From positions 1,344,001-1,408,000 of the forward strand of contig OY970368.1 in the NCBI GenBank assembly GCA_963718615.1: DNA of 64,000 nt, in the 5' to 3' direction. Below the pieces are notes generated by a model. It made no database searches, was not told the DNA's origin, and saw only the letters and a list, made by a program, of their open reading frames with translations. The position numbers and the translations under genes were made by a program. Below, one piece after another: positions 1 to 10,532 of this stretch (within the stretch, counting starts at the first letter, position 1; the number at the start of each line of letters is the position of its first letter). Origin of the DNA: an uncultured cyanobacterium (GTDB lineage Bacteria > Cyanobacteriota > Cyanobacteriia > PCC-9006 > JAAUQQ01).

Positions 1-428
1 TCTTCTAGGGCAGAAGTGGTTCTTTCTCGATAAAACAAAACAGGAATTGAGGCCAAACCTGAGGGGCGACACCGTTTCCACAGGGCCAAATAGGGCCGGT
101 AATGTAACAATGTAGCTAAAGTGATGCAAGTATTGCCGATCAGACAACAGCCTGGATCACCCTGGACTAATAGATGGATGCTTGAAACAGAATGCAGCTT
201 GTCCAAAATGGCTGTAATTTGCAGAAGACCATCTTGATTGCGCGCCAGCTCGATGCCAACCATATCAGGCCAAGCACTATCCTCTAGATCGATTGAGCCT
301 TGTATTCTCGAATCCACAAAGACAATTGGGATTGGGTGGGTGGCAGGCTCTGGCAAGACGGGTTTGTGGGCTGGTGCCGCTAAGACATTACGCCAGCTTT
401 GCAAGGTATTTATCCGTAGAAACTGCAT
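1..428 (-). CDS. DUF4347-domain protein, 3' end runs off the window (not in the ORF track)
   Basis: Manual translation from ATG at 428 has no stop before base 1: MQFLRINTLQ...PIVFVDSRIQG...ARNQDGLLQITAILDKLHSVSSIHLLVQGDPGCCLIGNTCITLATLLHYRPYLALW. This fits the DUF4347 pattern IVFVDS..DGLxQI..IHxxSHGxPG. Confidence 0.65.
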   Translation of the reverse strand, partial: MQFLRINTLQSWRNVLAAPAHKPVLPEPATHPIPIVFVDSRIQGSIDLEDSAWPDMVGIELARNQDGLLQITAILDKLHSVSSIHLLVQGDPGCCLIGNTCITLATLLHYRPYLALWKRCRPSGLASIPVLFYRERTTSALE

Positions 429-726
429 GGGAGAAGGAGCTCTTAAACGAGGAATGCTTTAGCCTGAGCGAGGGAAAGAAGCCCATCGATAAATTGACTC
501 TAAATTGACTCATTTAAGCGACGCTAAAGTCAATTCGATTGTCACAATACCTTGATGATGTCATTCATTCTTCAAGACATCGCTGCAAGACATCACTGAG
601 AAGAATTGAGATTATAACCAGACTGCATTCCTGATGCTCCTTCAAACCGTAGCATTTGCTAACATAGTTTTCTTTTTGCAAAATAAATTGTGATGAATCC
701 AATTGTTTTGTTACGGTTTGCAGTAA

Positions 727-762
727 TCCAATGCCTCCCATGTCTCCAATGCCTCCCATGTC
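727..762. repeat. Perfect 18-bp tandem duplication (TCCAATGCCTCCCATGTC x2)
   Basis: Read directly at 727-744 and 745-762. Confidence 0.9.
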
Positions 763-813
763 AGTCATGGTCATAAACGGCAATCTTGTGTGGATTTTAT
801 AAAGAAACAAGAG

Positions 814-843
814 TTTAAAGTGGACTTAACAAACTCTTAAGCT
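814..843 (+). promoter_or_regulatory. Pho box (SphR/PhoB binding site), three 8-mers at 11-bp spacing
   Basis: TTTAAAGT (814), CTTAACAA (825) and CTTAAGCT (836) resemble the cyanobacterial YTTAAYYW-N3 repeat. They lie ~165 bp upstream of a phosphatase/nucleotidase gene. Confidence 0.75.
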
Positions 844-1007
844 TCCCGTGGGACGCTGGTTGCGAAAAACTACTGATCCTTACGAAATAAAAGCTTCAGC
901 TCGCTGAGTTGATCGAAACAGGGTTGGGTGTGCATTGAGCCAAATCTTTCAGAGCGATCGCCTTGCGCGACTCAACACTTTACCCATTTCCGATTCCCCC
1001 CAATACC

Positions 1008-4000
1008 ATGTCACTTTTGCTTAATCCCATTGGAACCTACGCCAGCGGCGCATTTGATCAAGGCGCAGCGGAGATCAATGCGTTTGATCCCCTTTCTCAG
1101 CGTTTGTTTGTGGTGAATGCCCAGACGGTAACCGTCGATATTTTAGATTTGAGTGACCCGACTCTTCCCACTAAACTGGGCACCATTGATGCGACGTCCT
1201 ATGGGGGCGTGGCCAATAGCGTGGCCGTGAAAAATGGAATAATTGCCGTTGCGATCGAAGCCAATACCAAGACCGATCCAGGGCAAGTGGTGTTTTTCGA
1301 AGCCAGCACCGGTAATTTTCTAAAGGCTATCACCGTCGGGGCTTTGCCCGATATGGTGACGTTTACGCCGGATGGAACCAAGGTTTTGGTGGCCAACGAA
1401 GGCGAGCCAGGATCTATGGATCCCGTGGGTTCAATCAGTATTATTGATTTATCCTCGGGCGTCGCCAGCGCGACGGTTCAAACCGCTGGGTTTGACAATT
1501 TTATCGGACAGGAAGCCAGCTTGCGAAGTCAGGGCGTGCGGATCTTCCCCAATAAAACCGCTGCTGAGGACTTCGAACCCGAGTATATTTCGGTTTCGCC
1601 CGATGGAACCAAGGCGTTTGTCACGCTACAGGAAAACAATGCGGTTGCTGTAGTCGATATTGCCAGCGCCACGGTGACGGAGATTCAGCCCCTCGGCACG
1701 AAGGATCATAGCCAGCCCGGAAATGGGTTAGATGCGAGCGATCGCGACAACGCCATCAATATCGTCAACTGGCCAGTTTCGGGGTTGTATATGCCCGATG
1801 CGATCGCCAGCTTTTCCGCCAACGGCCAAACCTACTACATCACCGCCAACGAAGGGGATGCCCGCAATGAAGATGTCCGAGTCAAGGATTTGACGCTCGA
1901 TCCGACGGTTTTTTCCGATGCCGCCATTTTGCAGGAAGATGCCATTCTGGGTCGCCTGACGGTATCGAGTCTTGATGGAGATCCCGATGGCGATGGCGAT
2001 TACGATCAGCTGTATAGCTACGGTTCCCGCTCCTTCAGCATTTGGGATGCCTCGGGCAATCAGGTTTACGACAGCGGCGATGCCTTTGAGCGGATCACAG
2101 CGGAGCGTTTCCCGACCCACTTCAACGCCAGCAATACCAATACCACCTTGGATAACCGCAGCGATGATAAAGGGCCTGAACCAGAAGGCGTTACCCTGGG
2201 CCAAATTGACGGGCGGACCTATGCCTTTATCGGTCTAGAACGCATTGGCGGCGTCATGGTCTACGACGTCACTGACCCGGCAAAGGCAGCGTTCGTCGAC
2301 TATTTCAACAATCGTGATTTTAGTGAATCTCCAGAACTGGCGTCAGGGGTCTCGAACCCAGCAGCGTTGGATTCCGGTCCCGAAGGACTCACGTTTATCA
2401 GCGCCGAGGACAGCCCCAATGGCACGCCGTTGCTCGTGGTTTCCAATGAAATCAGCGGGACGACGACGGTTTACGAAGTCAAGCCCAAAACCTTTACTCT
2501 ACAACTGCTCCATGCTTCGGACCAGGAAGGTGGAATTGCGGCCTTGGACGATGCACCGAATTTTTCAGCGGTGCTCAATGCCCTCGCGAACCAGGATCAG
2601 GATGGCGACGGTAACGCCGACTATGTCAACACCCTGCGACTGTCCTCAGGGGATGCTTATATTCCTGGCCTGTTTCTTGATGCTTCGGCGGATCCTTCCC
2701 TTGCGCCCTTGTTGGGAGCAACAGGTAAAGGTCGGGCGGATATTTTGATTCAAAATGAGTTGGGATTTGAGGCGATCGCCTTCGGCAACCACGAATTCGA
2801 CCTGGGCACCGGCCTAGTTCAATCGGTGCTCACAGCGGATGGCAACTATCCCGGCGCTGCCTTTCCCTATCTCAGTTCCAACCTCAACTTTAGACCCGAT
2901 GCCAACCTTGCGCCCTTGGTGACTCTCGATGGTCAAGAAGCCAGCACGATTCCCGGCAAAATTGCCAAGAGTGCGATCGTCACGGTCAACGGTGAACCCA
3001 TCGGGATTGTCGGCGCAACCACGCCAACCCTAGGCACCATCTCTAGCCCTGGCGATGTTGGTGTTAGCCCTTTTCCCTTTGGCGGCTCTCCTAGTTCCGC
3101 TGAACTCGATGCCTTGGCCGCAGAGATTCAGACCACGGTCGATGCTCTATTGGCTGCAAATCCGGCGTTGAACAAAGTGATTTTGTTGGCCCACATGCAG
3201 CAGATTGGCATTGAACAGGAGTTGGCTCAGCGCCTGCGCAATGTCGATATCATTATGGCGGGTGGCTCGAATACGCGCTTGGTGGATAGTGATGATCGCC
3301 TTCGGGCCGGGGACACGGCTCAAGGGGTTTATCCGATTGTTCAAACCGATGCTGATGGCAAGCCGGTGGCGATCGTCAACACCGATGGCAATTACAAATA
3401 TGTCGGTCGGTTGGTGATTGACTTTGATGCCAACGGCAATATCATTCCCGAAAGCTATAACCCCAGCATCAGCGGAGCCTATGCAACGGATGCCGCAGGC
3501 GTTGCCGCAGTCGGAGGAACTCCAGACCCGGAAATCGTCGCCATTACCGATGCCCTGCGAGAGGTCATTACCCGTCTTGATAGCAACTTCTTTGGGGTCA
3601 CCGATGTTTTTCTCAATGGCAATCGGGCCGGGGGCGGTACCGATGGGGTGCGCAATCAGGAGACCAATTTGGGAAATTTAACCGCCGATGCGAATTTGGC
3701 GATCGCCCAACAAGTCGACCCCACCGTTGTGATTTCCCTCAAAAATGGCGGCGGTGTCCGCGCCAGCATTGGCCGCATCGAAACCCCAACCGGAGCCGTG
3801 GAGCCGGAGCGGCTCCCCCCCGCAGGCAATGACCTCACCGGCAAGCCCGAAGGTGGGATTTCGCAAATCGATGTACAGAATACGCTGGCGTTCAACAATG
3901 GGTTGAGTTTGGTCACCGTCACCGCAGTGGAGCTCAGGACGTTAATTGAGTACGGCATTGCGGCCAGTACCCTAGACCCGGCCAGTGCTGAAGGGCGTTT

Positions 4001-6746
4001 TCCCCAGGTGTCTGGGTTTTCCTTTAGCTTTGATTTGAGTCAACCGGAAGGGCCACGGATTCAGTCCCTGGCGATCGAAGATCCGACAGGAAAAGACCTC
4101 GATGTGGTAGTCCGCGATGGCCAAATTGTGGGTGATCCAAGCCGAACTTTTCGGATGGTCACCCTGGATTTCTTGGCGAGCGGTGGCGATGGTTATCCAT
4201 TCGAGACCTTGGCTAATCCAAATCGCCTTGACATCACTGCGGCGGCAGCGGATCCGAAAACCGGCACGGCTACGTTTGCGCCAGATCATTCGGAACAGGA
4301 TGCCTTGGCGGAATACTTAGCCGCCAACTTTACTGAGGCCAATCCCTACGATCGCCTCGACACTCCCCGCGAATTGGATACCCGCATCCAAAACTTAGCC
4401 TTCCGCAACGATCTCGTACTCGATACTCCCACAATCACCAAAATCCACACCATTCAGGGCAATGCCACAACCCAAACCAGCGGCGGAGCCCATGATGACG
4501 TCAGCCCGCTCAATGGCCAAACGGTCACCCTCGAAGGGGTTGTCGTTGCGGGTTTTCAAAACGGGGATCAGCTCCGGGGCTTTTTCCTACAGGAAGAAAC
4601 CGCCGACCAGGACAGCGACAGCAGCACCTCCGAAGGCATCTTTATCTTTACCGGCAATAGTCCCCTGTTGGATGTGCAAGAGGGACAAAAGATTCGGATC
4701 ACGGGTAAAGTCAGCGAGTTTTTCGGAATGACCCAGATCGATGCTACAGCAACGGGTAGCGCCATCAGTCTCGTCGATAGCGGCAATAACATCGGCCAAG
4801 TAACAACAGCAACCTTGGCGTTGCCCGTGACGGGCGATCTGGATGACTACTACGAACAGTTTGAAGGCATGCGGGTGCAGTTCGCCGACAAACTCTATGT
4901 GTCGGAATACTTTGAAGTGGCACGCTATGGGCAAATTGTGTTGACGGAAGGCGATCGCCCCTTCCAATACACCCACCTCGACGACACCCCCACGGCAGCG
5001 GAGTTCACCGCCTTCCAGGAAAACTTGGCTCGACAGCGAATCATTCTGGACGATGACAACAATCTCCAGAATCCTCCCCTCCCCGATGGCACCTTCTTCT
5101 ATCCCCAGCCCGATGGATTGAGTACGGGTAGCCAAGGCAGCGACTTCTTCCGAGGGGGCGATAGTATCAGCAACTTAACCGGTATTTTACACTGGTCCTT
5201 TGCGGGACAGAGCGGCACCGATGCTTGGCGAGTTCGACCGACGGAGGCCAGTCCGGTTGTCTTTACACCAGAGAACCTACGCCCCGAAACACCCGAGGCC
5301 GTGGGTGGCAATCTCAAGGTCGCCAGCTTCAACGTGCTGAACTATTTCACCAGTATCGACGATGGCAGCAACACTGCTGGACCCAATGGCGACCAGGAAG
5401 GCCGAGGTGCCGACAGTGCCGATGAGCTCACCCGCCAAACCCAGAAGCTGGTGCAGGCGCTCAAGGGCATTGATGCAGATATCTTCGGCTTGGTTGAGCT
5501 GGAAAACAATGGCGGAGATGCCGATGGTGGTGCGATTCAGGCAGTTGTGGATGCCCTGAATGCCGAGGTTGGAGCCGGGACCTACGACTCCATTAAGACT
5601 GGGGACGTGGGCACTGATGCGATTACCGTCGGGTTCATTTACAAGGCTAGCGTTGTGGCCCCCAAGGGGAATTTTGCGGTTCTGGATGATCCAGCGTTTA
5701 CCGATCCAAATGGAACAGGGACCCCGCGAAATCGACCGGCGATCGCCCAAACCTTCGAGGTCATCGATCCCAACAATCCTGATTTTGGCGAGGCCCTAAC
5801 GGTCGTCAACAACCACTTTAAATCCAAGGGGGCTTCTGGCCTGACGGCAGGAGGTTCAGAACCCGACGCGGACCAAGGCGATGGCCAAGGCTTCTGGAAT
5901 GACACCCGTGCCAAAGCGGCGACCTATCTGGCTCAGACCTGGCTGCCCAGCGATCCCACAGGCCAAGGGGATGAGGATTTTCTGATTATTGGCGACCTCA
6001 ATTCCTATCGCGGTGAAGCACCGATTACCGCGTTCAAAAATGCAGGCTATACGGATTTGGCCGCGAGCCTCATCGGCGACGATGCCTATAGCTATGTGTT
6101 CAATGGCCAACTGGGTTATCTGGACTATGCCCTCTCCAGTCCAACGCTAACGCCCCAGGTTACTGGCATCACCGAATGGCATATTAACGCCGACGAAGTG
6201 CCGGTGTTTGACTACAACAACACCCTCGACGACGGGGCGGGAGAAGCCAGCTTTGAAGCTAAACCCACGGGCAACAATCTCTTTGAGGTCAATGCCTTCC
6301 GGACTTCGGACCATGATCCAGTGATTATCGGTCTTGACCTGGGCAGCGCCATCACCGAGATTCTCGGAACCGACCAGCGGGAAACCCTGACCGGCAGTGC
6401 TGGCCCAGACCGAATGATTGGCAACGGCGGCACGGATCAGCTCACGGGCAATGGCGGGGCCGATGAATTTGTCTACCGCAAGTTAGGCGATGGTCGCGAT
6501 ACGATTACCGACTTTACACCCGGTGAGGATAGATTGGTGTTGACGGAGTTATTTGCCGGTTCTGAGTTGGATTATGCGGGGGCGATCGCCAACCAATACC
6601 TCAGTTTCGGCAGCCGCAATGGCGATAGTTATGTGTTGGTGGATTTGGATGGTGCTGCTGGCAATCAGAATCGACCGATCGCGATCGCCGTTCTCCAAGG
6701 GGTTGCCCAAGAAGCCTTAGCGGACAGTCGTAATTTCATTCTCTAG
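1008..6746 (+). CDS. Secreted multi-enzyme: atypical alkaline phosphatase (choice-of-anchor I propeller) + 5'-nucleotidase (UshA-like) + ExeM/NucH-type endonuclease + RTX/type I secretion tail
   Basis: Phosphatase motifs ANEGEP, ANEGDAR, RSDDKGPEPEG. Metallophosphoesterase motifs LLHASDQE, SGDAYIPG, FGNHEFD, RNQETNLGNL, NGGGVRASI. EEP nuclease motifs ASFNVLNYF, NHFKSKG, IGDLNSY, RTSDHDPV. C-terminal GNGGTDQLTGNGGAD repeats. Likely start ATG 1008; no Sec signal visible. Confidence 0.9.
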   Translation: MSLLLNPIGTYASGAFDQGAAEINAFDPLSQRLFVVNAQTVTVDILDLSDPTLPTKLGTIDATSYGGVANSVAVKNGIIAVAIEANTKTDPGQVVFFEASTGNFLKAITVGALPDMVTFTPDGTKVLVANEGEPGSMDPVGSISIIDLSSGVASATVQTAGFDNFIGQEASLRSQGVRIFPNKTAAEDFEPEYISVSPDGTKAFVTLQENNAVAVVDIASATVTEIQPLGTKDHSQPGNGLDASDRDNAINIVNWPVSGLYMPDAIASFSANGQTYYITANEGDARNEDVRVKDLTLDPTVFSDAAILQEDAILGRLTVSSLDGDPDGDGDYDQLYSYGSRSFSIWDASGNQVYDSGDAFERITAERFPTHFNASNTNTTLDNRSDDKGPEPEGVTLGQIDGRTYAFIGLERIGGVMVYDVTDPAKAAFVDYFNNRDFSESPELASGVSNPAALDSGPEGLTFISAEDSPNGTPLLVVSNEISGTTTVYEVKPKTFTLQLLHASDQEGGIAALDDAPNFSAVLNALANQDQDGDGNADYVNTLRLSSGDAYIPGLFLDASADPSLAPLLGATGKGRADILIQNELGFEAIAFGNHEFDLGTGLVQSVLTADGNYPGAAFPYLSSNLNFRPDANLAPLVTLDGQEASTIPGKIAKSAIVTVNGEPIGIVGATTPTLGTISSPGDVGVSPFPFGGSPSSAELDALAAEIQTTVDALLAANPALNKVILLAHMQQIGIEQELAQRLRNVDIIMAGGSNTRLVDSDDRLRAGDTAQGVYPIVQTDADGKPVAIVNTDGNYKYVGRLVIDFDANGNIIPESYNPSISGAYATDAAGVAAVGGTPDPEIVAITDALREVITRLDSNFFGVTDVFLNGNRAGGGTDGVRNQETNLGNLTADANLAIAQQVDPTVVISLKNGGGVRASIGRIETPTGAVEPERLPPAGNDLTGKPEGGISQIDVQNTLAFNNGLSLVTVTAVELRTLIEYGIAASTLDPASAEGRFPQVSGFSFSFDLSQPEGPRIQSLAIEDPTGKDLDVVVRDGQIVGDPSRTFRMVTLDFLASGGDGYPFETLANPNRLDITAAAADPKTGTATFAPDHSEQDALAEYLAANFTEANPYDRLDTPRELDTRIQNLAFRNDLVLDTPTITKIHTIQGNATTQTSGGAHDDVSPLNGQTVTLEGVVVAGFQNGDQLRGFFLQEETADQDSDSSTSEGIFIFTGNSPLLDVQEGQKIRITGKVSEFFGMTQIDATATGSAISLVDSGNNIGQVTTATLALPVTGDLDDYYEQFEGMRVQFADKLYVSEYFEVARYGQIVLTEGDRPFQYTHLDDTPTAAEFTAFQENLARQRIILDDDNNLQNPPLPDGTFFYPQPDGLSTGSQGSDFFRGGDSISNLTGILHWSFAGQSGTDAWRVRPTEASPVVFTPENLRPETPEAVGGNLKVASFNVLNYFTSIDDGSNTAGPNGDQEGRGADSADELTRQTQKLVQALKGIDADIFGLVELENNGGDADGGAIQAVVDALNAEVGAGTYDSIKTGDVGTDAITVGFIYKASVVAPKGNFAVLDDPAFTDPNGTGTPRNRPAIAQTFEVIDPNNPDFGEALTVVNNHFKSKGASGLTAGGSEPDADQGDGQGFWNDTRAKAATYLAQTWLPSDPTGQGDEDFLIIGDLNSYRGEAPITAFKNAGYTDLAASLIGDDAYSYVFNGQLGYLDYALSSPTLTPQVTGITEWHINADEVPVFDYNNTLDDGAGEASFEAKPTGNNLFEVNAFRTSDHDPVIIGLDLGSAITEILGTDQRETLTGSAGPDRMIGNGGTDQLTGNGGADEFVYRKLGDGRDTITDFTPGEDRLVLTELFAGSELDYAGAIANQYLSFGSRNGDSYVLVDLDGAAGNQNRPIAIAVLQGVAQEALADSRNFIL

Positions 6747-6786
6747 GTCTTGTTCTAGACCTTTCTCTAGATCTTCTCTAGATCTT
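6742..6786. repeat. Short imperfect tandem repeat (TCTAGRYCTT-like unit x4)
   Basis: tctaggtcttgt tctagacctttc tctagatcttc tctagatctt, overlapping the stop codon of the upstream gene. Confidence 0.7.
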
Positions 6787-6844
6787 GTCTTCAGGTTTTT
6801 TCGTGATCTTTTTGAGTTTTTCATTGCAATTTTCGGAGTTCTTC

Positions 6845-7465
6845 ATGTCATTCTCAGTTCGTTCATTGGGATTTAAGTTTGCGCTTTTGGCGACTTGTAC
6901 CGGCTTCGGCTTCAGTGCTGCGCCATCGGCCCGAGCAGCGGCGATTGACTTTAATGCTGCGCCCTGGAGCAGCAGGGGTAGCGTGAGTTTTCCGGACCTA
7001 GGTCAAGCCGCCAGTCTCTCAACGGGAAGCGGAGCAACGGAGCAACTTTCATCGCCAGATCTGACAGATTTTCTAGGCTTAGCGGGTGGGGATCTAGATC
7101 CCAGTTTCTTGGATAATGCCTATGAAGGTTCAGCGCTCAAGCGTTTGGTTCAAGCTGGTGATCAAATCAGCTTGGACTGGAACTTTAGCCTCTTTTCCGA
7201 TGGGTCTAGTAGCGATTTAGATTATGCCTTTGTCCTCCGAGATGGCGTTGTGCAAACCCTGACGGGGAGCAGTGGCAGTTTCGCGACGACCTTTGCGAAT
7301 TCGGGTTGGTTTGCGATCGGAGTGGTCGATGTCAATGATGATCAAGGCGATTCTGTCTTGGCACTCAGCACGGGCGATTTTCAGGCGGTACCGACACCGG
7401 GTTTGTTGCCTGCCCTGCTGGGATTTGGGGTGAGTTGCTGGCGCAGGCGGCGATCGGCTCACTAG
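6845..7465 (+). CDS. PEP-CTERM-like (PTPA-CTERM type) surface protein
   Basis: Signal peptide ending ..SAAPSARA. C-terminal AVPTPGLLPALLGFGVSCWRRRR has the motif + TM helix + basic tail layout of cyanoexosortase substrates. Confidence 0.8.
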   Translation: MSFSVRSLGFKFALLATCTGFGFSAAPSARAAAIDFNAAPWSSRGSVSFPDLGQAASLSTGSGATEQLSSPDLTDFLGLAGGDLDPSFLDNAYEGSALKRLVQAGDQISLDWNFSLFSDGSSSDLDYAFVLRDGVVQTLTGSSGSFATTFANSGWFAIGVVDVNDDQGDSVLALSTGDFQAVPTPGLLPALLGFGVSCWRRRRSAH

Positions 7466-7643
7466 GGCGATCGGCTGACGGATTGATTCAGGCATTGAGC
7501 TGATAAACCCTGGCGGGGGTGGACCTGGCGAGAAGCGATGTCTTTTCGTGGGGATCATTCCCGCCCCTGCTTTGTTAAGCTAATCCAGGGGAACCGAATG
7601 GTTCGACTCCCCGCTCACGTCCCACCGATCGCCTGTAAAGCTC

Positions 7644-8297
7644 ATGATGCCTCGACGCTACCACCGGATTCGTCAAGTGCTGGACAAGCGCCAGCCTGAC
7701 CTGACGGTGATGATGGAAAATGTCCATAAACCCCATAACCTTTCGGCGATCCTGCGGACCTGTGATGCGGTGGGGGTATTTGAGGCCCATGCGGTTAGTG
7801 ATAAGGGGGCCGTGCAGACCTTTAATAGTACTGCCCAAGGGAGTCAGAAGTGGGTGCGGTTGACCATACATCCCGACACGGAAATGGCGATTCAGCAGTT
7901 GCAGGAGCGAGGTTTTCGGGTGTATGCGGCGCATTTGTCAGAGCGGGCGATCGACTATCGTCAAGTCGATTTTACCCAACCCAGCGCGGTCTTACTCGGG
8001 GCAGAAAAATGGGGCGTAAGTGAAACAGCGGCGAAGTTGTGCGATGAACATATCATTGTGCCGATGGTGGGCATGGTGGAGTCGCTGAATGTGTCGGTGG
8101 CGAATTCGGTTATTTTGTTTGAAGCCCAGCGGCAGCGGATGCTAGCAGGGTTGTATGACCACCCGCGTTTGGAGCCGGAATTGTATGAGCGCACGCTTTT
8201 TGAATGGGCCTATCCCCGCTTAGCGGCACGCTATCAGGCGAAGCAGGAGTGCTATCCGGTTTTGGATGAGGAGGGACAGCTTGTGGGGCGGGGCTAG
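7644..8297 (+). CDS. trmH: tRNA (guanosine(18)-2'-O)-methyltransferase TrmH
   Basis: SpoU motifs KPHNLSAILRTCDAVG, LLGAEKWGVS, PMVGMVESLNVSVA. Confidence 0.93.
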   Translation: MMPRRYHRIRQVLDKRQPDLTVMMENVHKPHNLSAILRTCDAVGVFEAHAVSDKGAVQTFNSTAQGSQKWVRLTIHPDTEMAIQQLQERGFRVYAAHLSERAIDYRQVDFTQPSAVLLGAEKWGVSETAAKLCDEHIIVPMVGMVESLNVSVANSVILFEAQRQRMLAGLYDHPRLEPELYERTLFEWAYPRLAARYQAKQECYPVLDEEGQLVGRG

Positions 8298-8383
8298 GGC
8301 AGCGGTTGAGGACGCGAGCTGTGATCCTTGAGGGAAATCTTTTGCTTTTATCATAGAGATAGACCCGTCAGCGCAGGTTCACC

Positions 8384-10357
8384 GTGGTTGATTCGCCCGC
8401 AAACACTCCCGCCCCCGTCCCCCCGCCCCTCGAAAACGATCGCCTCCCTCTGCTCAAACAGCCCGATCGCTTAGAGCAACGCCTGCGGGAAATTCCGCCG
8501 GAGCCGGGGTGTTATTTCATGCGCGATCGCGATGACAACATCCTCTACATCGGCAAATCCAAACAGCTTCGCTCCCGCGTCCGCTCCTACTTCCGCGAGG
8601 CCCGTCAGCTCGCACCCAAAATCGAGCTGATGGTGCGTCAGGTCGTGGAGATTGAGTTCATCGTCACGGATACAGAGGCCGAGGCCCTGGCCCTAGAGGC
8701 GAATCTGATCAAGCGGCATCTGCCCCATTTTAATACGCTGCTTAAGGACGACAAAAAGTATCCCTATCTTTGTATTACCTGGTCTGAGGACTATCCCCGT
8801 ATTTTTATTACCCGCAAACGGCGACAGGGCAAGGCGCGCGATCGCTACTACGGTCCCTATGTCGATACCGGCCTCCTGCGCAGTACGCTCCACCTGGTCA
8901 AACGCATTTTTCCCCTGCGGCAACGACCCAAACCCTTGCACAAAGACCGCACCTGTCTAAACTACGACATTGGTCAATGTCCCGGCGTCTGTCAGCAAAA
9001 AATTAGCCCGGAAGACTACAAGAAAATCGTCCAAAAGGTGGCCATGGTCTTCCAGGGACGAACCGATGAGCTGGTGCAGATCCTCACGGCGCAAATGGAA
9101 AAGGCGGCGGAGCGGTTGCAGTTTGAGCAGGCGGCGGCGTTGCGCGATCGCATTCGTGGCCTAGAATCCCTCGGTGCCGATCAAAAAGTCGCGTTGCCCG
9201 ATGATACGGTGTCTCGGGATGCGATCGCCCTCGCCCTCGACGACACCCATGCCTGTATCCAACTCTTTCAGGTGCGGGCTGGTCGGCTGGTGGGACGGTT
9301 GGGTTATTTGGCCGATGCCCAGTCGGGAACAGCGGGGGCCATTTTGCAGCGGGTCTTGGAGGCCCACTATGACCAGGTGGATCCGGTGGAAATTCCCTCG
9401 GAAATTTTAGTCCAGCATGAGTTGCCGGAGAGCGAAGTCCTAGAAGCGGCGCTGAATGAGCGACGGGGACGGAAGGTAGCAATTGTGAATCCGCAACGGC
9501 AGCAAAAGGCAGAGCTGATCGCCATGGTGGAGCGCAATGCGGAGTATGAGCTGGCCCGGACCCAGCGATCGGCGGACCGCAACTTGCAGGCCGTGCAGGA
9601 TTTGGCGGAGATTTTGGATTTACCCGAACTACCCCGCCGCATCGAGGGCTATGACATTTCCCACATCCAGGGCTCCAATGCCGTGGCCTCCCAAGTGGTA
9701 TTTATCGACGGCATGCCTGCGAAGCAGCACTATCGCCGCTACAAAATCCGCAATCCCGACATTCAAATTGGCCATTCCGACGACTTTGCCAGTATGGCCG
9801 AGGTGATTCGCCGCCGCTTTCGCCGCCACGCCCAAGCCAAGGCCCAGGGGGCGATTTTGACCACGAGTGAAACGCGGGCTTCGAGCTTGCTCAGTCCGGG
9901 CGATCTGGCGGATTGGCCCGATCTAGTGATGATCGATGGCGGTAAGGGTCAGCTTTCGGCAGTGGTAGCGGTGTTGCAAGAGCTGAATTTGCTCGAAGAT
10001 CTCCATGTGGTCAGTCTTGCCAAGAAACAGGAAGAAATTTTCCTGCCGGGAGAATCACTACCGTTGAAGACTGAAAAGGAGCAGCCTGGGGTGCAGTTGT
10101 TGCGGCGGTTGCGGGATGAGGCCCATCGGTTTGCGGTGAGTTTCCATCGGCAGCAGCGGAGTGAAAATTTGCGGCGATCGCGCCTAGACGAGATCCCCGG
10201 CCTCGGCCACCAGCGCCAAAAGGAACTCCTCGGCCATTTCCGGTCCATCGACTACATCCGTCTGGCAACACCGGAACAGCTCCAGGTCGTTCCCGGTATT
10301 GGTCCACAATTGGCCCAGCAGATCCACGATTATTTCAATCCCAATCCTGGAACTTGA
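8384..10357 (+). CDS. uvrC: Excinuclease ABC subunit C
   Basis: GIY-YIG ([16 protein letters not shown]), UVR domain, [26 protein letters not shown]-terminal HhH. Confidence 0.97.
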   Translation: MVDSPANTPAPVPPPLENDRLPLLKQPDRLEQRLREIPPEPGCYFMRDRDDNILYIGKSKQLRSRVRSYFREARQLAPKIELMVRQVVEIEFIVTDTEAEALALEANLIKRHLPHFNTLLKDDKKYPYLCITWSEDYPRIFITRKRRQGKARDRYYGPYVDTGLLRSTLHLVKRIFPLRQRPKPLHKDRTCLNYDIGQCPGVCQQKISPEDYKKIVQKVAMVFQGRTDELVQILTAQMEKAAERLQFEQAAALRDRIRGLESLGADQKVALPDDTVSRDAIALALDDTHACIQLFQVRAGRLVGRLGYLADAQSGTAGAILQRVLEAHYDQVDPVEIPSEILVQHELPESEVLEAALNERRGRKVAIVNPQRQQKAELIAMVERNAEYELARTQRSADRNLQAVQDLAEILDLPELPRRIEGYDISHIQGSNAVASQVVFIDGMPAKQHYRRYKIRNPDIQIGHSDDFASMAEVIRRRFRRHAQAKAQGAILTTSETRASSLLSPGDLADWPDLVMIDGGKGQLSAVVAVLQELNLLEDLHVVSLAKKQEEIFLPGESLPLKTEKEQPGVQLLRRLRDEAHRFAVSFHRQQRSENLRRSRLDEIPGLGHQRQKELLGHFRSIDYIRLATPEQLQVVPGIGPQLAQQIHDYFNPNPGT

Positions 10358-10532
10358 CAATTCCTTTAAGGTTATGGCGGAAAATCTATTAAACTCTTTT
10401 TATCTTTTCGCTTGCGATGGTCTCTTACTTCGCATTAGTGCATTTTGTGTGTCTACATCATTTAGATTCAAAACGAGGATAAACGCTGCCGAAATGTAGC
10501 GGACTCAGGGAGCATGTTGGAATAGCAAGAGC

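Noticed and set aside
565-810. 81-aa minus-strand ORF containing DMGGIG twice
   Set aside because: The peptide repeat only reflects the 18-bp DNA duplication. No recognisable family, and it lies in a promoter region.
10358-10532. NtcA site upstream of the Amt fusion
   Set aside because: No GTA-N8-TAC found by eye.
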